From: Microthyrium microscopicum
Lineage: Eukaryota
Length of the DNA: 64,000 bases
Direction: 5' to 3'
Assembly (NCBI GenBank): GCA_010405405.1
Contig: MU004235.1
Span: forward strand, 1,564,538-1,628,537
Position 1 is the stretch's first letter, and each line of letters begins with the position of its first letter. The position numbers and the translations under genes are program-made. Below are positions 35,611-47,879 of the stretch, piece by piece. Below the pieces are notes generated by a model. The model was given only the letters and a program-made list of their open reading frames with translations. It made no database searches and was not told where the DNA came from.

Positions 35611-37199
35611 ATCCTAATCGTTATTATAATAGATTATTTTAGAATACTATTAGTAGTACTTAGGTATAATTAAGGAATAGAATTTTAGGTACTTAAAATA
35701 TCTAAAGTTAAGATATTTAATAATTCTATTAAAGTAATCCTTTAGGTATATTATACTTCTACTAAAGCGTTTATAAATATTAAAATAATAGTAATTCTAG
35801 GATAGCTATATTAGGACTAAATATAATAAGAAGTAACCTTTCTTTAGAGGATTATATTACTTTAGTAACTCTAGATTATTAAGATTTATTAGGTAAGATA
35901 ATATTTTAATTTTATACTTTAAAAAGCTATTATATACTAATTAGTACTATAGGTATTTTTTAATACTAATTCCTAGTATATTAATATTATAACTATATCT
36001 TAAACTCTAATATATTTTTAAAACTCTAATTAAACTTTATATATTTAATAAAGAGCTTAGATATATATTAGTATAAGAATTTTACTATAGCGTAATACTT
36101 TAATACTAAGATTAGTATTATTACTACTCTTATAGTTAGAACCTCCTTATTAGTATCTATTTTAGGCTATTTTTAGCTTTAGGGCGTAGATTATTAATAA
36201 AAATACTATAAAGTTATAGCACAAAAACGTTTATAGGGGTAATTACTATAAGGGTAGTTTCTACGATTTAATATTAGAAGATGTTAGGGGCTAGGCTAAT
36301 TCTAGCGTAGATCTATAGTCAAAATCTGTAGTAAATGTAGAGTCGAAATCATAGGAATTCACCTGCCGACCCTCTCCAGTGTCTGAGGCGCAAATATTCA
36401 AGGTATGGAGATGAGGCAAAGGGAGGGAGAGCTCGATTGCAGCCTTTTTCAGGGGCATGAGATAGGGGCTAGATGGCGACGCCCCATCAAATAAAGTATT
36501 GAGAATTAGCAGTTGGCAGTTGCTCAATCACTGCATTGCGAACAATCTTCCTACTACCCTACTTTCCAACTTTATATTTCTTTACACTTTCATCTTCAGC
36601 GGGAATGCCAAGCGACATCATAATCGAAGTTGGGTTAAACGTGAGTGTTATGGTCGATTATTGTGCTTACAGTCGTAACTTGGCAATGCTTAATCGATTT
36701 TAGCTTTGAGTCTAGACAACTCTATTTCACATTTGACGCAACGAGCAACCGCGCTTTCCTGACCGTACTGAGGCGCACTCCCACGCGGTAACCCCGAAGG
36801 CGCCTCTTTCAATAAGACACGCTTCAGTATTTGTTTTTCAAGAGCTCAAGAGTCGATACCAACTTCCGCATAACCGAGTGGTCTCTGAAGTTCGACCCAC
36901 GATTGGTCTATAGGGACCTTCAGCTCCTTAAACATGTACTCTTTGTACGCTACAAAGTTGAGCCATGCATCAAGATCACGATCAATTGGACAATCATTGA
37001 GCGGTCTCTCAGCCTTGCTGAAAACCGCGTGGCAGCCTGGCTCGTGGCAGGTGCAATGTCTGAGGTCGCAAGAGACTTATCCATCTCTCATTCCTTCTTA
37101 AGAGCTAAATAATTCTAGTGAAGTACTACTCGTTACATCTCTTTCGAAATCGCTGATGCCGCTCTTCGCCGTTAGCTTTTCACATTCGTTCATTTCATT

Positions 37200-39790
37200 A
37201 TGCGTTCATTACTGGCTGGTTTAGCTGCCGCCTTGCCATTCGTTCAAGCGTACACGGTCAACTTACAACAAAGAGATGCTCTAAAACGCGCCACGGTATG
37301 TGGAATACTTGCTTATGATGAGAATACCAAGGCGTATTTCTACTCGGAGAGCACGTCTCTTGCTACTGAAGCAGGGTGCGGAGCTCACTGTTTGGCCGAT
37401 ACTAGCTGTAAATCATTTGCTGTTGGGAGTGGTGCGTGTCTGCACTACACTGTTGCCGTGTAAGTACCTACTCCAAAAGCTTCGAAGCCGACGAGATCAG
37501 TTCGCTGCCGTACTATGTGACCCTGATATCGATCTGTTCACTTCGAAAACAACATTTTATCTGTTGATTTATTAAGGAGATCTCCTCTAAGGCTCAAACT
37601 TGCTTAGTGAATGAAGAACGAAAAGCTAATCAATCATAGAACTGGTAATATCAATGCGAATAGCAACAGTCCATATGCGTTTTATGATCGGGCCTGCGTT
37701 TCCGCGACGACCTCTTCCCATTCCTCATCCTCGTCATCCAGCTCAGCTCGCTCTTCAGCAACCTCAGCTGCTACTCAGTCCTCGGGTAGATCGTCCAGCA
37801 CTTCCAGCGCTTCCTTATTGACAAGCTCATCTCGCTCTTCGTCTGTAGCAGGAAGTTCAATCCAGTCCTCGACGACGTCCAGCTCTATACCATCCACCTC
37901 TGCCTCTTGTGGACTTGCAGGTTATGACAACAACAATCCGGTGTCTTACACTGATTCCAGCAACGCGGCCTATCGAAGTCTTTCAGGATGTGCAACGTAT
38001 TGTCGTTCACAGTCCGGAAAATGTTTATCATTTGCTTGGAGCAGCACGACTTGCTTACTCTATGCCAAGGTAGTGGCTGGCAACTTCAAGGCTAACGCGA
38101 AATCTCCGTACTCTTTCTACGATCTGGCTTGCATTGCTCCAGCGTCTTCATCAATGAGTAGCTCGTCAATCGCCATTAGTACAGCTGCCTCCAGCAGTAC
38201 AAGTTCGGTTTCTTCATCGTCTTCGGTGCCTCCATTTACTTCGAGTTCTACATCGTCAGTAGCAAATGACTCGACTACATCGACATCTTCGACTATGAGC
38301 TCCTCGGAAGTTCCAAGTTCTTCACCAACAAGTATATCCAGTGTACCAACTTCCAGCTCAGCGTTTTCAGCGTCATCATCCAGCTCCAGCGCCTCATCTA
38401 GCCTTCCAAGCTGCACACCAGCGCCAAGCCCTTGCAATGCTATTACTACTCCACCGGATACACTTTACACTAGCACCTGCACTTCTGGATGCACTTCCGG
38501 CTACGTTGTGCAGTGTGGAGCCGGACCTGGACCTGTAAGTTTTATCCGTGTGACATCAAGTTTTGCCTTGACGACAAAACAAAAATGCTTTCGCATTAAG
38601 TGGTGGCCATCAGACGTTATGGAAGCTACTTAGTGCGATGGCACGTTGTTATGGACGTCTTTTGTGAACTTTTTCAAGCATTTCCAAAACAACACATTGT
38701 TAGAATTTCATACTAATAAAGTCAGGGGAGCATCGCTGGAGGTACCTATCTGGGCGATGTCATATCGGGTGAGTTTTGTCAGTCGACTTGCGACAGCCTG
38801 TCAAAATGCGCTGGTTTTGTATTCGGGACGGTAGCCAATGACGTTGGGGAATGCTATCTTTACGACTATATCAATAGCTGGCAGCCCGGTGATCTTGTTT
38901 TGTACACGAAGATCTGCGCCCCATCAGCTGTATCGTCAAACAGCTCCATCATCTCAGCGACCAGCAGCAGCACCATCAGCTTGATACCTTCGACTGCTAG
39001 CTCCTCGGATATCTCCAGCTCGGTTCCATCGGTTGAGTCCTCTTCCACGTCTACAACCTCAAGTGATATGAGCATTCCTCCCGACTCTTCCCCTACGGTC
39101 GCATCCAGCACTCTTACATCTAGCATGGCTGTGAGCTCCGATGCGTCTAGCTCTACTTCAAGTCCTCCTTCCGCCAGCTCGGATACCTCCAGTTTCGCAA
39201 CAAGCACCTCGGTTTCCAGCTCTGTACCAAGCTCCATCGCCTCTTCTGTCACCTCAAGCTCTAGCTCCACCCCATCCGCTTCAGCATCCGCCATAAACAT
39301 CATCCAGGTTCCCGATCTGACAGCAGACCCCAGCGAAGATGGCGTAATGCAATGGGGATACCAAATCGAATACAACTATGCGCCAGCTCCATGGACGTTT
39401 TCCACCGGTTGCTTTTCCGGATATGCGCAAGGCTATTACTATTCACAATGCACCCACGACACCCGTACATTCTCCTGCATCGAGATTCAGGCAAGTGACT
39501 GCTATGTCTATCTATCACAAACCCTTACCACTGTACCGAACGCTGTGTATAACTTTTCGTTCCTTTACGCATCGATGCAAAATCTAGTCGATGGTGAATT
39601 TACCTGTACCGCGGGTGCTTCAACCATGGATCAGAGATTTTATGATCAGAGCGTTGCAGTGGGATGGAATCAATACAGCTCTTCTTTCACAGCTACAAGT
39701 TCGTCTACAGTTTTGAGTTGTGCTTTCTATGGCGGAGGAGATGGAATGGATGTCCAGTTTACTGAATTTTCTGCAAGCATTAGCGCTTAG
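37200..39790 (+). CDS. Secreted Ser/Thr-rich protein with PAN/apple-like Cys domains and a C-terminal beta-rich (CBM-like) domain
   Basis: Signal peptide MRSLLAGLAAALPFVQA. Two similar CG...YD...C...C.....C.SF......C..Y...Y.FYD.AC units, a third Cys unit and long Ser/Thr linkers. Introns at ~37460-37630 and ~38535-38725 join the ORFs. Confidence 0.8.
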
Positions 39791-40569
39791 GAGACATTAT
39801 GCGAGGTTCTTGAAACTAACAGTCTCTGCGATAGTTGTAGTATAGTGTCTATTTTTATGAGCTCAAGAGTGTGGCCGTTAGCTGCATTCAGTTCTTTCAA
39901 CTATTAATCCTACATATTCTATAATCATATTTTTTCTAAATCGTTGAGCATTCCTGGCATCCTTGTTTCATTGTGCAACGACCAGCTTTGATCATGTCTC
40001 TGTCTTTCTAAAGATTCTCAAATTCATACTGATGTTTTAAACTTGGCCATGAAGAGATATGATAGGTTATGATATATCGTAGCCCAGACCTCGTTACAGA
40101 GTATTGCAGTCCTAGGCGCTGCCCTCTCCTAAGGCTATCTCCTCATAATTGCGAAAACATCGCCCTTGTAAAACCAATATCTATTGAGTTCATGATCAAC
40201 GAGCTTCTCTAATGATACAAAATAGAATAGGGTACTACGCATCTGGTATGAACGTTATATCTCTGTCTTCGAAAGAAGTTGTTTACAATGTATTTATACC
40301 TAAGTCGTTATCTTTGGGGCAAGGGGGCAGGCCGTGTTCCTGATCCACAACGATGACAGTTAATATAGATCGTGCACACACAGAGCCCCATACATACCCT
40401 AAGTGAATCATAATACAATCTATCGCACTGACCATTCAGGTCGGGATGTCCTGGTTTTTAATAGGTATTAGTCGCGGGGAAAGGTGTCTTTTTTTGTTTG
40501 GAGAAGAATTCAGATCTACGGTCACTCAACTTCATCTTTCAAGTGCATATTTCCCGTAGTGTGTTCAAC

Positions 40570-42532
40570 ATGAGGATATCGAAACCGCTCCTCCTCGGAG
40601 CATTCGCACTCCTCCCAAGTACAGCATGGGCCAAGAACACTGACTCCCAAACCGTCCTACAAGATACAGCAGCCAAGAAAGCTCCATCACCACAGAGCTC
40701 TGGATGTGATACAGAATTCAGCTTCGTAGCCTCACCCGGCGGCGAAACCAAACGACTGAAATTCGGGAAAGAGCGCCATTTTCGCATCTCCCTGCCATCT
40801 AGATATGTCCACGGCACGCCCGCGCCCGTCATAATCGCCATACACGACGCCAACATGACCGCCAAAGATTTCGAGACCACCACCCTCCTCAGCTCACCAG
40901 CCTACAACAAAGATGCCATTGTCATATACCCCGAAGCAAAAACAGATGTCCGCTCATACACCCCCTACCTCCCCATTTTGTACACGTACTGATACAAATA
41001 ATAGGGAATATGGATGTCCGACCACCGCTCCTCCGGCGCCAACGACATAACCTTCATAAACAGCCTCCTAAATAAGTTGTCAACGAAACTCTGCCTCGAC
41101 AACGACAGAGTCTACGCCACCGGACTCGGAACAGGCGGCGGTCTAGTCCACCTGCTCGCCTGCAACGCCGAGACATCCACCCGCATCGCCGCCTTCGCTA
41201 TCGTAAACGGCAACATCCTCCAAGGTTTGAGGGGAGACGGACGCAAACAAGTCAAAGATCCCACAAAACTTCTCTGGACTACCTGCCACGCATCGCGCAA
41301 ACCCTTGAGGATGCAAGTGATCCACACCGAAAACAATACAGTGTTCGACTACTGGGGGGAGCGCAGCGCAGGCGATATCAAGCGCGTTCCGACAGTGCAG
41401 AACCTGGTCGATTGGGCTAATAGGAATGGGTGTGGAGGCGGATTGAGTATGCCTGTTCAGTGGAGGGGGGAGAAAGATCTGGTGCATAAGACGTTGTTGG
41501 AGGGCGGGTATATTTTTGAAGGATTTGTGGATAGTGCTGCAGTCAGGGCAACGTATCATTGCTGGCCGGGTGATGTGGGGAAGTTGCCGGAGGGGGAGAC
41601 ATTGGAGGTTGAAGATACGAGTGAGGCAGTCAGGAAAGGATTGGAGGATGTTGGGTTGGGGGATCAATACGTTGAAGAGGAGAAGGTCGAAAAGGAGGTT
41701 AAGAAGGAGGAGGAGGGTGAGGAGGAGATGGAACAGCCGAAATTGAAAGTTGATCCTAGATCGAAGGAGGAGAGGGTAAGTACATGCCGCGATGAACATC
41801 TGGTGTAGCTGACATCTTGGTAGTTGGCATCCCTCGTGAACTCTCTCGAAAAGAACATCATCCACGAGCACTTCTTTATCCGCAGTCTAGACCACGGATG
41901 GCATAGAGTGGTAAAAGTACCCAACGAAGCCGACGAGGAGCGAAAAGCCAAGAACATTGCGCCAAATCTATCTCACCCAGGTCCGAAATGGACGCCAATG
42001 CCAGAAGTGCCAGACTTTGAACTGGACCTCAACCTCAACAATAACGTCACCAACTTCCATTTTGGCTATACAGCCGTCGACAAGCCGGAGAATCCTTTCA
42101 AGTTCGATACCACCGAGAGAGTACTCCAGTTCCTTCGAATGTTCCGCCTGTCAGATCCTAATCCTGTTGGAGATCGTGATGTTAAGTAAGTTTGGATCTT
42201 GCTTTCCCTTGGAGGGTGGTCGGGGAGGGAGGTGGCCTTGTTAAATCTCATACTAATCGTTCCCAGTGGTCTGACAGAATCAGAACAAAAGATCGTCGAT
42301 GATCTAGTAGGAGTAAGTCCCTAACCTTGCCACTACATCATTCACCACGTAGCATATTACTGACTCATTGTAGCAAGTGGAAAGCACCATAGAGCAGCAT
42401 GAAGCCAAGGAAGCAGAGGCCGAAAAGGCCAAGTATATGAAAAGTGCAGCAGCAGAGATGTCTCAGCCGTTGGAGGAGGATGGAAGAAAAGCCAGCGAGG
42501 ACGGCAAGGAGCATGTGAAAGATGAATTGTGA
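40570..42532 (+). CDS. CE1 feruloyl-esterase/PHB-depolymerase-like alpha/beta-hydrolase homologue with a degenerate active site and C-terminal KDEL
   Basis: Signal peptide, then R.F.ISLPS.Y....P.PVIIAIH, DITFI..LL......LCLD..RVYATGLGTGGG and LDHGW. The spliced last exons end ...GKEHVKDEL*. Confidence 0.8.
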
Positions 42533-42860
42533 TGTATTGCCAAGAAGATCGGGGGATGTGGAGGATATAAAGACATTATTCTTAGAGCGTATTCTGTTTT
42601 GTTAGTATAAACGTTGAGCATGGAGGAATTGGGCAGAAGGATGGATCGTAATGTAAGGATGGCTTACCAAGTGCGTGCTCAAATAAAGGTCGTTTCTCTT
42701 ACCTAGGTACACAAAGCTACCTGTATATCGCGGAAAAGTAGAGAGCCGAAGGATGAAGTCAAATATGTCATAATTGATTGGGTATAAAGAACACTGTACA
42801 ATTAGATCGAGCCAAGTGTCAACTCCACTTCAACCGGAGGATCGAAGCGTCTGATATCCA

Positions 42861-45813
42861 TCATATCTCCCACTCATCGCGATTATCGTCCGCCGCAATG
42901 AACGGACTATCAATCTGCTTAATAGCCAGATCACTGCAAAGCAAACAGCTCGCGCCAACAACACCATCCAACTCCGCGATCTTATTTTCTCTCGTCTTGC
43001 CACTGCTTTTCTGTACCTCACCCTGCAGTTCCCTAATCTTTCGGCCTTTCGAAGGTCCAGTGAGTTCAATGACTCTTGTCCCTAAGCATTCGCTGTGGAA
43101 CGCATGCTGGCAGGGAAACACGAAAAACTGCTTCATTAGCAACGGAAGCTTGCAGATCCAGCAACGTTCGCCTGGTTCAACGATTGCATATCGCTGATCA
43201 AGAGCCTTGATTTCCAATTTGATGTTGGAGGCAGTGATCGCAGCCTCATCCATATCGCGCTTTAGCGCATCGATGGAGCGTGAATATTCTTCCAGTGCGG
43301 TGCAGATTTCCTCTTTAAAATCATCAATGATGACAAAATCTGGGAAGAAGGGGATCAAATCTTCGATACGTAATAGTTCGCACCGTTTGAGGAAATCAAT
43401 GGCCGTTTTGACGTTGCCCGGACTGTTGGCGATCACAGTTTTGGCGATCTTGAGCCAGAGTTTCTTTCGTAGTGCTGCGTCGCCGGTGGACTGGTCGGCG
43501 ACGGTGGAGGCGAGGTCTACTTCGTTGTGTTTTAATGCCAAGTCTACGGCGCGAGAGTATTGGGACATGGATGTGTATATGTGGACACAGGATTGGACGC
43601 GATCATGTTGGATGCAGAGGCGGAGGGCGAAATCGGCGTCGTAGCTTGGTTCTGGGAGGTAGGACTGATTGCGGAGATATGTTAGGAGGGCGGATTCGTC
43701 CGATGATGGAGATGCGGCGAGTATTGAGATTAGAGTGTTGTGTATGGATGGATCTGTGGAGACGAGGTTATTGATTACAAAGTTGAGATATCGAATGGCT
43801 TGGTTGGGAGTTGGGGATGGTGATTGTGCTGATGCGATTTTATTGTAGTTGAGAAGAGCTGGTATTAGTCTTGTAGGATCAAGATTTGATTGTCGCATGA
43901 GTATGTCGACGAGCTCTCCGGGTGCGTTTGCGATGAGAACGGATGCATATTTGTAGAAGATTTCGGGGTCAGACTGTTTCTTTAGAACAGTAAGCGATTC
44001 ATCCCATCTGTCTCTTTGGATCCAGTAGGCGAGAACATAGCTGTAGTCGTCTACTATGCCCGCAAAATACAGCAGCTCTTCCTCTCTTCCATGACTACTA
44101 ATGATCTCGTAGGTGGTTTTTACATCAAGATCTGTCTTGTATTTCTTTGCAAATGCCTGATACTCCGCCCTGATGGTTGAGAGCTGGTCTTTGCTTTGAG
44201 CTGTATTCATGTCTTCTGTCAATTCCGCTTTTGTTGTTATTGTGTCGTCGAGCATATTGAGTTTCGCCATAAAGAGCTCAATCAGCCAAGTGGCAACCAT
44301 CATCCTCTGCATGACGGCCTTTTTGCCAAGCGTGGAGAGTTTGGTCAACAGATATTTGCGAAGTGCATCATGCTCGCTATTGTCCACAAAAGTAAGAGCT
44401 ACTTCTTCAAATGGCTTGGTACTTCGACCATACACAGCAGCTGCCTCCATGAAATGCTTGGTGCTAACCAGATAGTCACCAGACGCTGTTGCCACGGCGT
44501 CTTTTTGCTCTGCAGTTTTGGCAAATTGTGAAGCAGCGTCGAATTGCTGTGATTTGAGGAGAATCTTCCAGATGTCCCTCGTTTCTTCCTCAGCTCGAAT
44601 CTCGAAAAGCTCATCAGCTGTGACTAGCCAAAAGGTGTCTTTCTTGGAATCCGAAAACAGTCCCAGTGACTTTTGCCCGGGCTCAAGAACTTGTTGATCC
44701 ATGACAACAGTATCATCCAGTCTGTTAGAAGCGACAATTCTGCCTTCGACGAGTTGAATGACATGCCACTGACTCAAAATGAGAGATGCAGATGGTTCCT
44801 GAGCTATCTTCGGCCGGCCATTGGAGGATATAGAAGGCGGAACCTGAGATCGTTTGTATAATTTTGCTTCTGATAGTAGAATCTCCCCCAGATCAGAACT
44901 CTCCGGTGAAGTGAGCAATTTGCCATGAAATACGCCTTCCGCGCAAAGCCAAGCAAATGTACGATCAGCAATGGGATTCCCAGAGTCTACATCCTGAGCC
45001 TCTGGAGAGACTACCATGGCTGAGGCAGATGCCGAAGGATTTGGTATATCATGAACCGCCGGATTCTCCCCATCAAACAGCTTCGAGAAAATGGACCCGC
45101 TTCCTTCGTGGCCGCTCTGTCCAGATCTTCCAACCCAGTGCATCAAGCGTGTGGGCGTTGCCGCCAGAACTCGTCGAAAGGCTCCATTGTCCAATGTATC
45201 GGCCCAGATTCCGACGACTGGCCCATCTTTTGTTTTGAACACGTTCTTAACGTATTTCTCCTCTCTGCGATAAAATTCTGGCTGTGGCTCGATAAAAGTC
45301 TCGTATATGTTTCCGTCTGAGCTGCCAACTAGGATCTCTCTAGTTGATGCAGTAGGTTGTGAAGGGTTCCAGGCAACGCTCGATATCGACACACCTTTTA
45401 GACGCGACAGATGTTTTGGAGCTTTGGATTGTGAGTGAAGGTAGAAGTTTTCGCCGAGAGAGGTAGTGACGAGGAGATGGGAGGCGGTGGGATCGAGGAA
45501 CAGCTGGCGGATTGTACCAATCTCGGTTGGTTTCTTAGGAAGATCAATGTCTAAATGCGATCAGCGGTGGTTCGAATGCAATGAAATGCGCCGGACCTTC
45601 AATCTCCCCAGCATCTTCCAGATCTATTCGTAATATTCTCCCAGTCGAAAAGGCGAGGACTATAGTGTTGTTTGAGACTTGCGCCGCCGCAAAGTCAGAT
45701 GGCCTGGGGAATTGCAGTTGGACTCTCTCGACGTTGAAGATGGGTAACTCTCCGGCATCCTCGGGAGGTAGCTCGGAAGGAGGGATATAGCCTCCTAGAG
45801 GATCAAAAGACAT
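42861..45813 (-). CDS. VPS18: Vacuolar protein sorting protein Vps18/Pep3 (HOPS/CORVET subunit)
   Basis: Pep3-type N-terminus (LFLDPTASHLL...GENFYLH), helical clathrin-like repeat region, LLRIEDLIPFFPDFV.IDDFK and a C-terminal RING (CWIC...FPCQHAFHSECL...CLLC). One intron near 45552-45597. Confidence 0.95.
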
Positions 45814-46045
45814 TTCGAGATGATATTTGATTATCCATGTATGAATGCAACAGTGAGGAAGAGGGATGGGAGCGCTGGAACATTGAAGGCTACAAGTTAC
45901 AACACGAAGTTGGAGCTGCCGCACGGACCCCTGGCAGCTCGACATCAAATGCGATCATCGAGTCGCGATCAATTTCATCCAGTCTGTGTTCTCACTCTTC
46001 CACTGTCACTTTCACAGCTTATTTAAAGGTATCGCAGAAAATGAA

Positions 46046-47395
46046 ATGATTAACAGACTATGTCGGTCGGTGGCGCACACGACTGTAAGGTGCGCTGTAA
46101 CTGGAACGCGTCATTTCTCTTCTTCGCTCGCGCATCGTGAGATTCGAAGCATTCGTGAATTACCAGATAGAGTATTTGCGACTTTCGATGGTTGGTTGAA
46201 CTTAGCCACGAGCAGTTCGAAAGACATCTAACTGTGGTATACAGAAACCAAAACTCATGAGCTTCTAGCTCTACACTGGCCAACTCCACCACGCAATGTC
46301 TTGATCACCAAGAAGGAAAGAAGTCCAGAGATAACAAGCTCTCTGACGGAACTGGCAAAACACATCTCCTCAACATATCCATCCATAGGTCTTATTCTGG
46401 AATCTGAAGTTGCAGCAGAACTCCATGAGCAACTTCCATTCCCTGTCTACACTATACAGGATGAAAACGTTGCCGACTATGCCGAGAAAGTCGATCTTGT
46501 AGCAACTCTAGGCGGAGACGGTACAATTCTCCACGCTTCCGCGTTATTCGCAACCTGCCAAAATGTACCGCCCGTATTGTCATTCAGTATGGGCACCCTC
46601 GGATTCCTAGGCGAATGGCGTTTCGACGAATACAAGCGCGCATTTCGAGAAGTCTACATGTCTGGAGCCGGAGTCCGATACGGCAGCAATCTGTTCGATG
46701 AACTACCAGCCAACGAGACTCAACAAGCTCAATCAAAGCAAGACATATCTCAAGATCTTCCTCCAGAATGGGCATCATTACGAGGAAAATCCATGGGCCA
46801 AGGACGATCAGCAAGGATTCTTCTTCGAAATAGGCTAAAGTGTCAGATCAGGAGTGCAGATGGAGCACCAACTTCTCCCGCTCCTACGTACGCGATGAAT
46901 GAAGTCATAATTCATCGAGGTCTTTCACCGCATCTTGCAGTTGTAGACGTCCTCATTGGAGGAAAGTTCCTTACTTCTGCCGTGGCTGATGGAATGATAG
47001 TCTCCACACCAACTGGCAGTACAGCATATAGTTTGTCAAGTGGCGGCTCTATAGTTCACCCTCTAGTATCTTCGTTGTTACTTACACCAATTTGTCCAAG
47101 AAGTCTGAGTTTCCGGCCGTTAGTCTTGCCGGCTCATGTTCCAATATCGTTGAGGTTGAGCACGCATAATCGAGCCAAAGAGATTGATGTCAGTATCGAT
47201 GGCATTCGCCAAAATCATGGACTTCAACAGGGGATGGAGGTTCATGTATGGGGAGAAGGCGTTCGTGATCGAGATGGAGTCTGGAGGGGAGGTGTACCCA
47301 GTGTTGTTCGAGGCAACAGAGACGGCACTGAGGACCACTGGGTCGGCGGGTTGAATGGCCTTCTCAAATTCAACTACCCTTTTGGGCAAGCCTGA
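46046..47395 (+). CDS. POS5: Mitochondrial NADH kinase (Pos5-type)
   Basis: Arg-rich presequence MINRLCRS...RHFSSS and the NAD kinase motifs TLGGDGTILH, SMGTLGFL, AMNEV and DGMIVSTPTGSTAYSLSSGG. One intron at ~46190-46243. Confidence 0.9.
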
Positions 47396-47879
47396 ACTCT
47401 GATACCGAAACATAAGGCCACGGTTGAAAGTCAGTCTACCGGCGAGCACCTCGCTATCAACCAACAAACAACCTACAGTGTTCATACATTACTCCTGAAC
47501 ACGACGCATCCCGTTAACAGCACCTGGTACTGAAATTGATCATTTGCTGTACGAAGACATTAACAAGGCCCTTATGACAAAGAACGATGCCACTCTCTAG
47601 CAATCGAGGTATTTGAGACGTCAACATCAGGGTTAACAAAGAAAACTTCTATGAAAGCCTTTGTTTCAAAACTGAGTACATACTTCTCAACTGCATAGGA
47701 CATCATCACCGTACAAGATGCTATGGCTTCGCATACTTCAAGAGGAGTGTGGTAAACCGATGCTATATAAGGAAATTTGCCCATATTCTCTTCAATCATC
47801 TTGTTTCGACCATATCACCACATTTCCCTACTTGGAAAAGACCAAAACCAATACCGCGCACCATAGAGAAACGGAACCA

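Larger units (their letters stand above)
33060..36300. mobile_element. RIP-degenerated PIF/Harbinger-superfamily DNA transposon relic (boundaries approximate)
   Basis: Abrupt AT-rich block with TpA excess and near absence of CpA/TpG. It contains a minus-strand DDE_Tnp_4-type transposase relic and a probable convergent second ORF relic. Confidence 0.85.

Noticed and set aside
33060..36300. AT-rich block as a centromere, telomere or organellar insertion
   Set aside because: Only ~3.2 kb, no TTAGGG array, and the TpA-rich/CpA-poor bias plus transposase motifs are explained by RIP of a TE.
36770..36806. GAGGCGC...GCGCCTC hairpin as a tRNA or other ncRNA
   Set aside because: Single short stem with no cloverleaf or A/B-box motifs.
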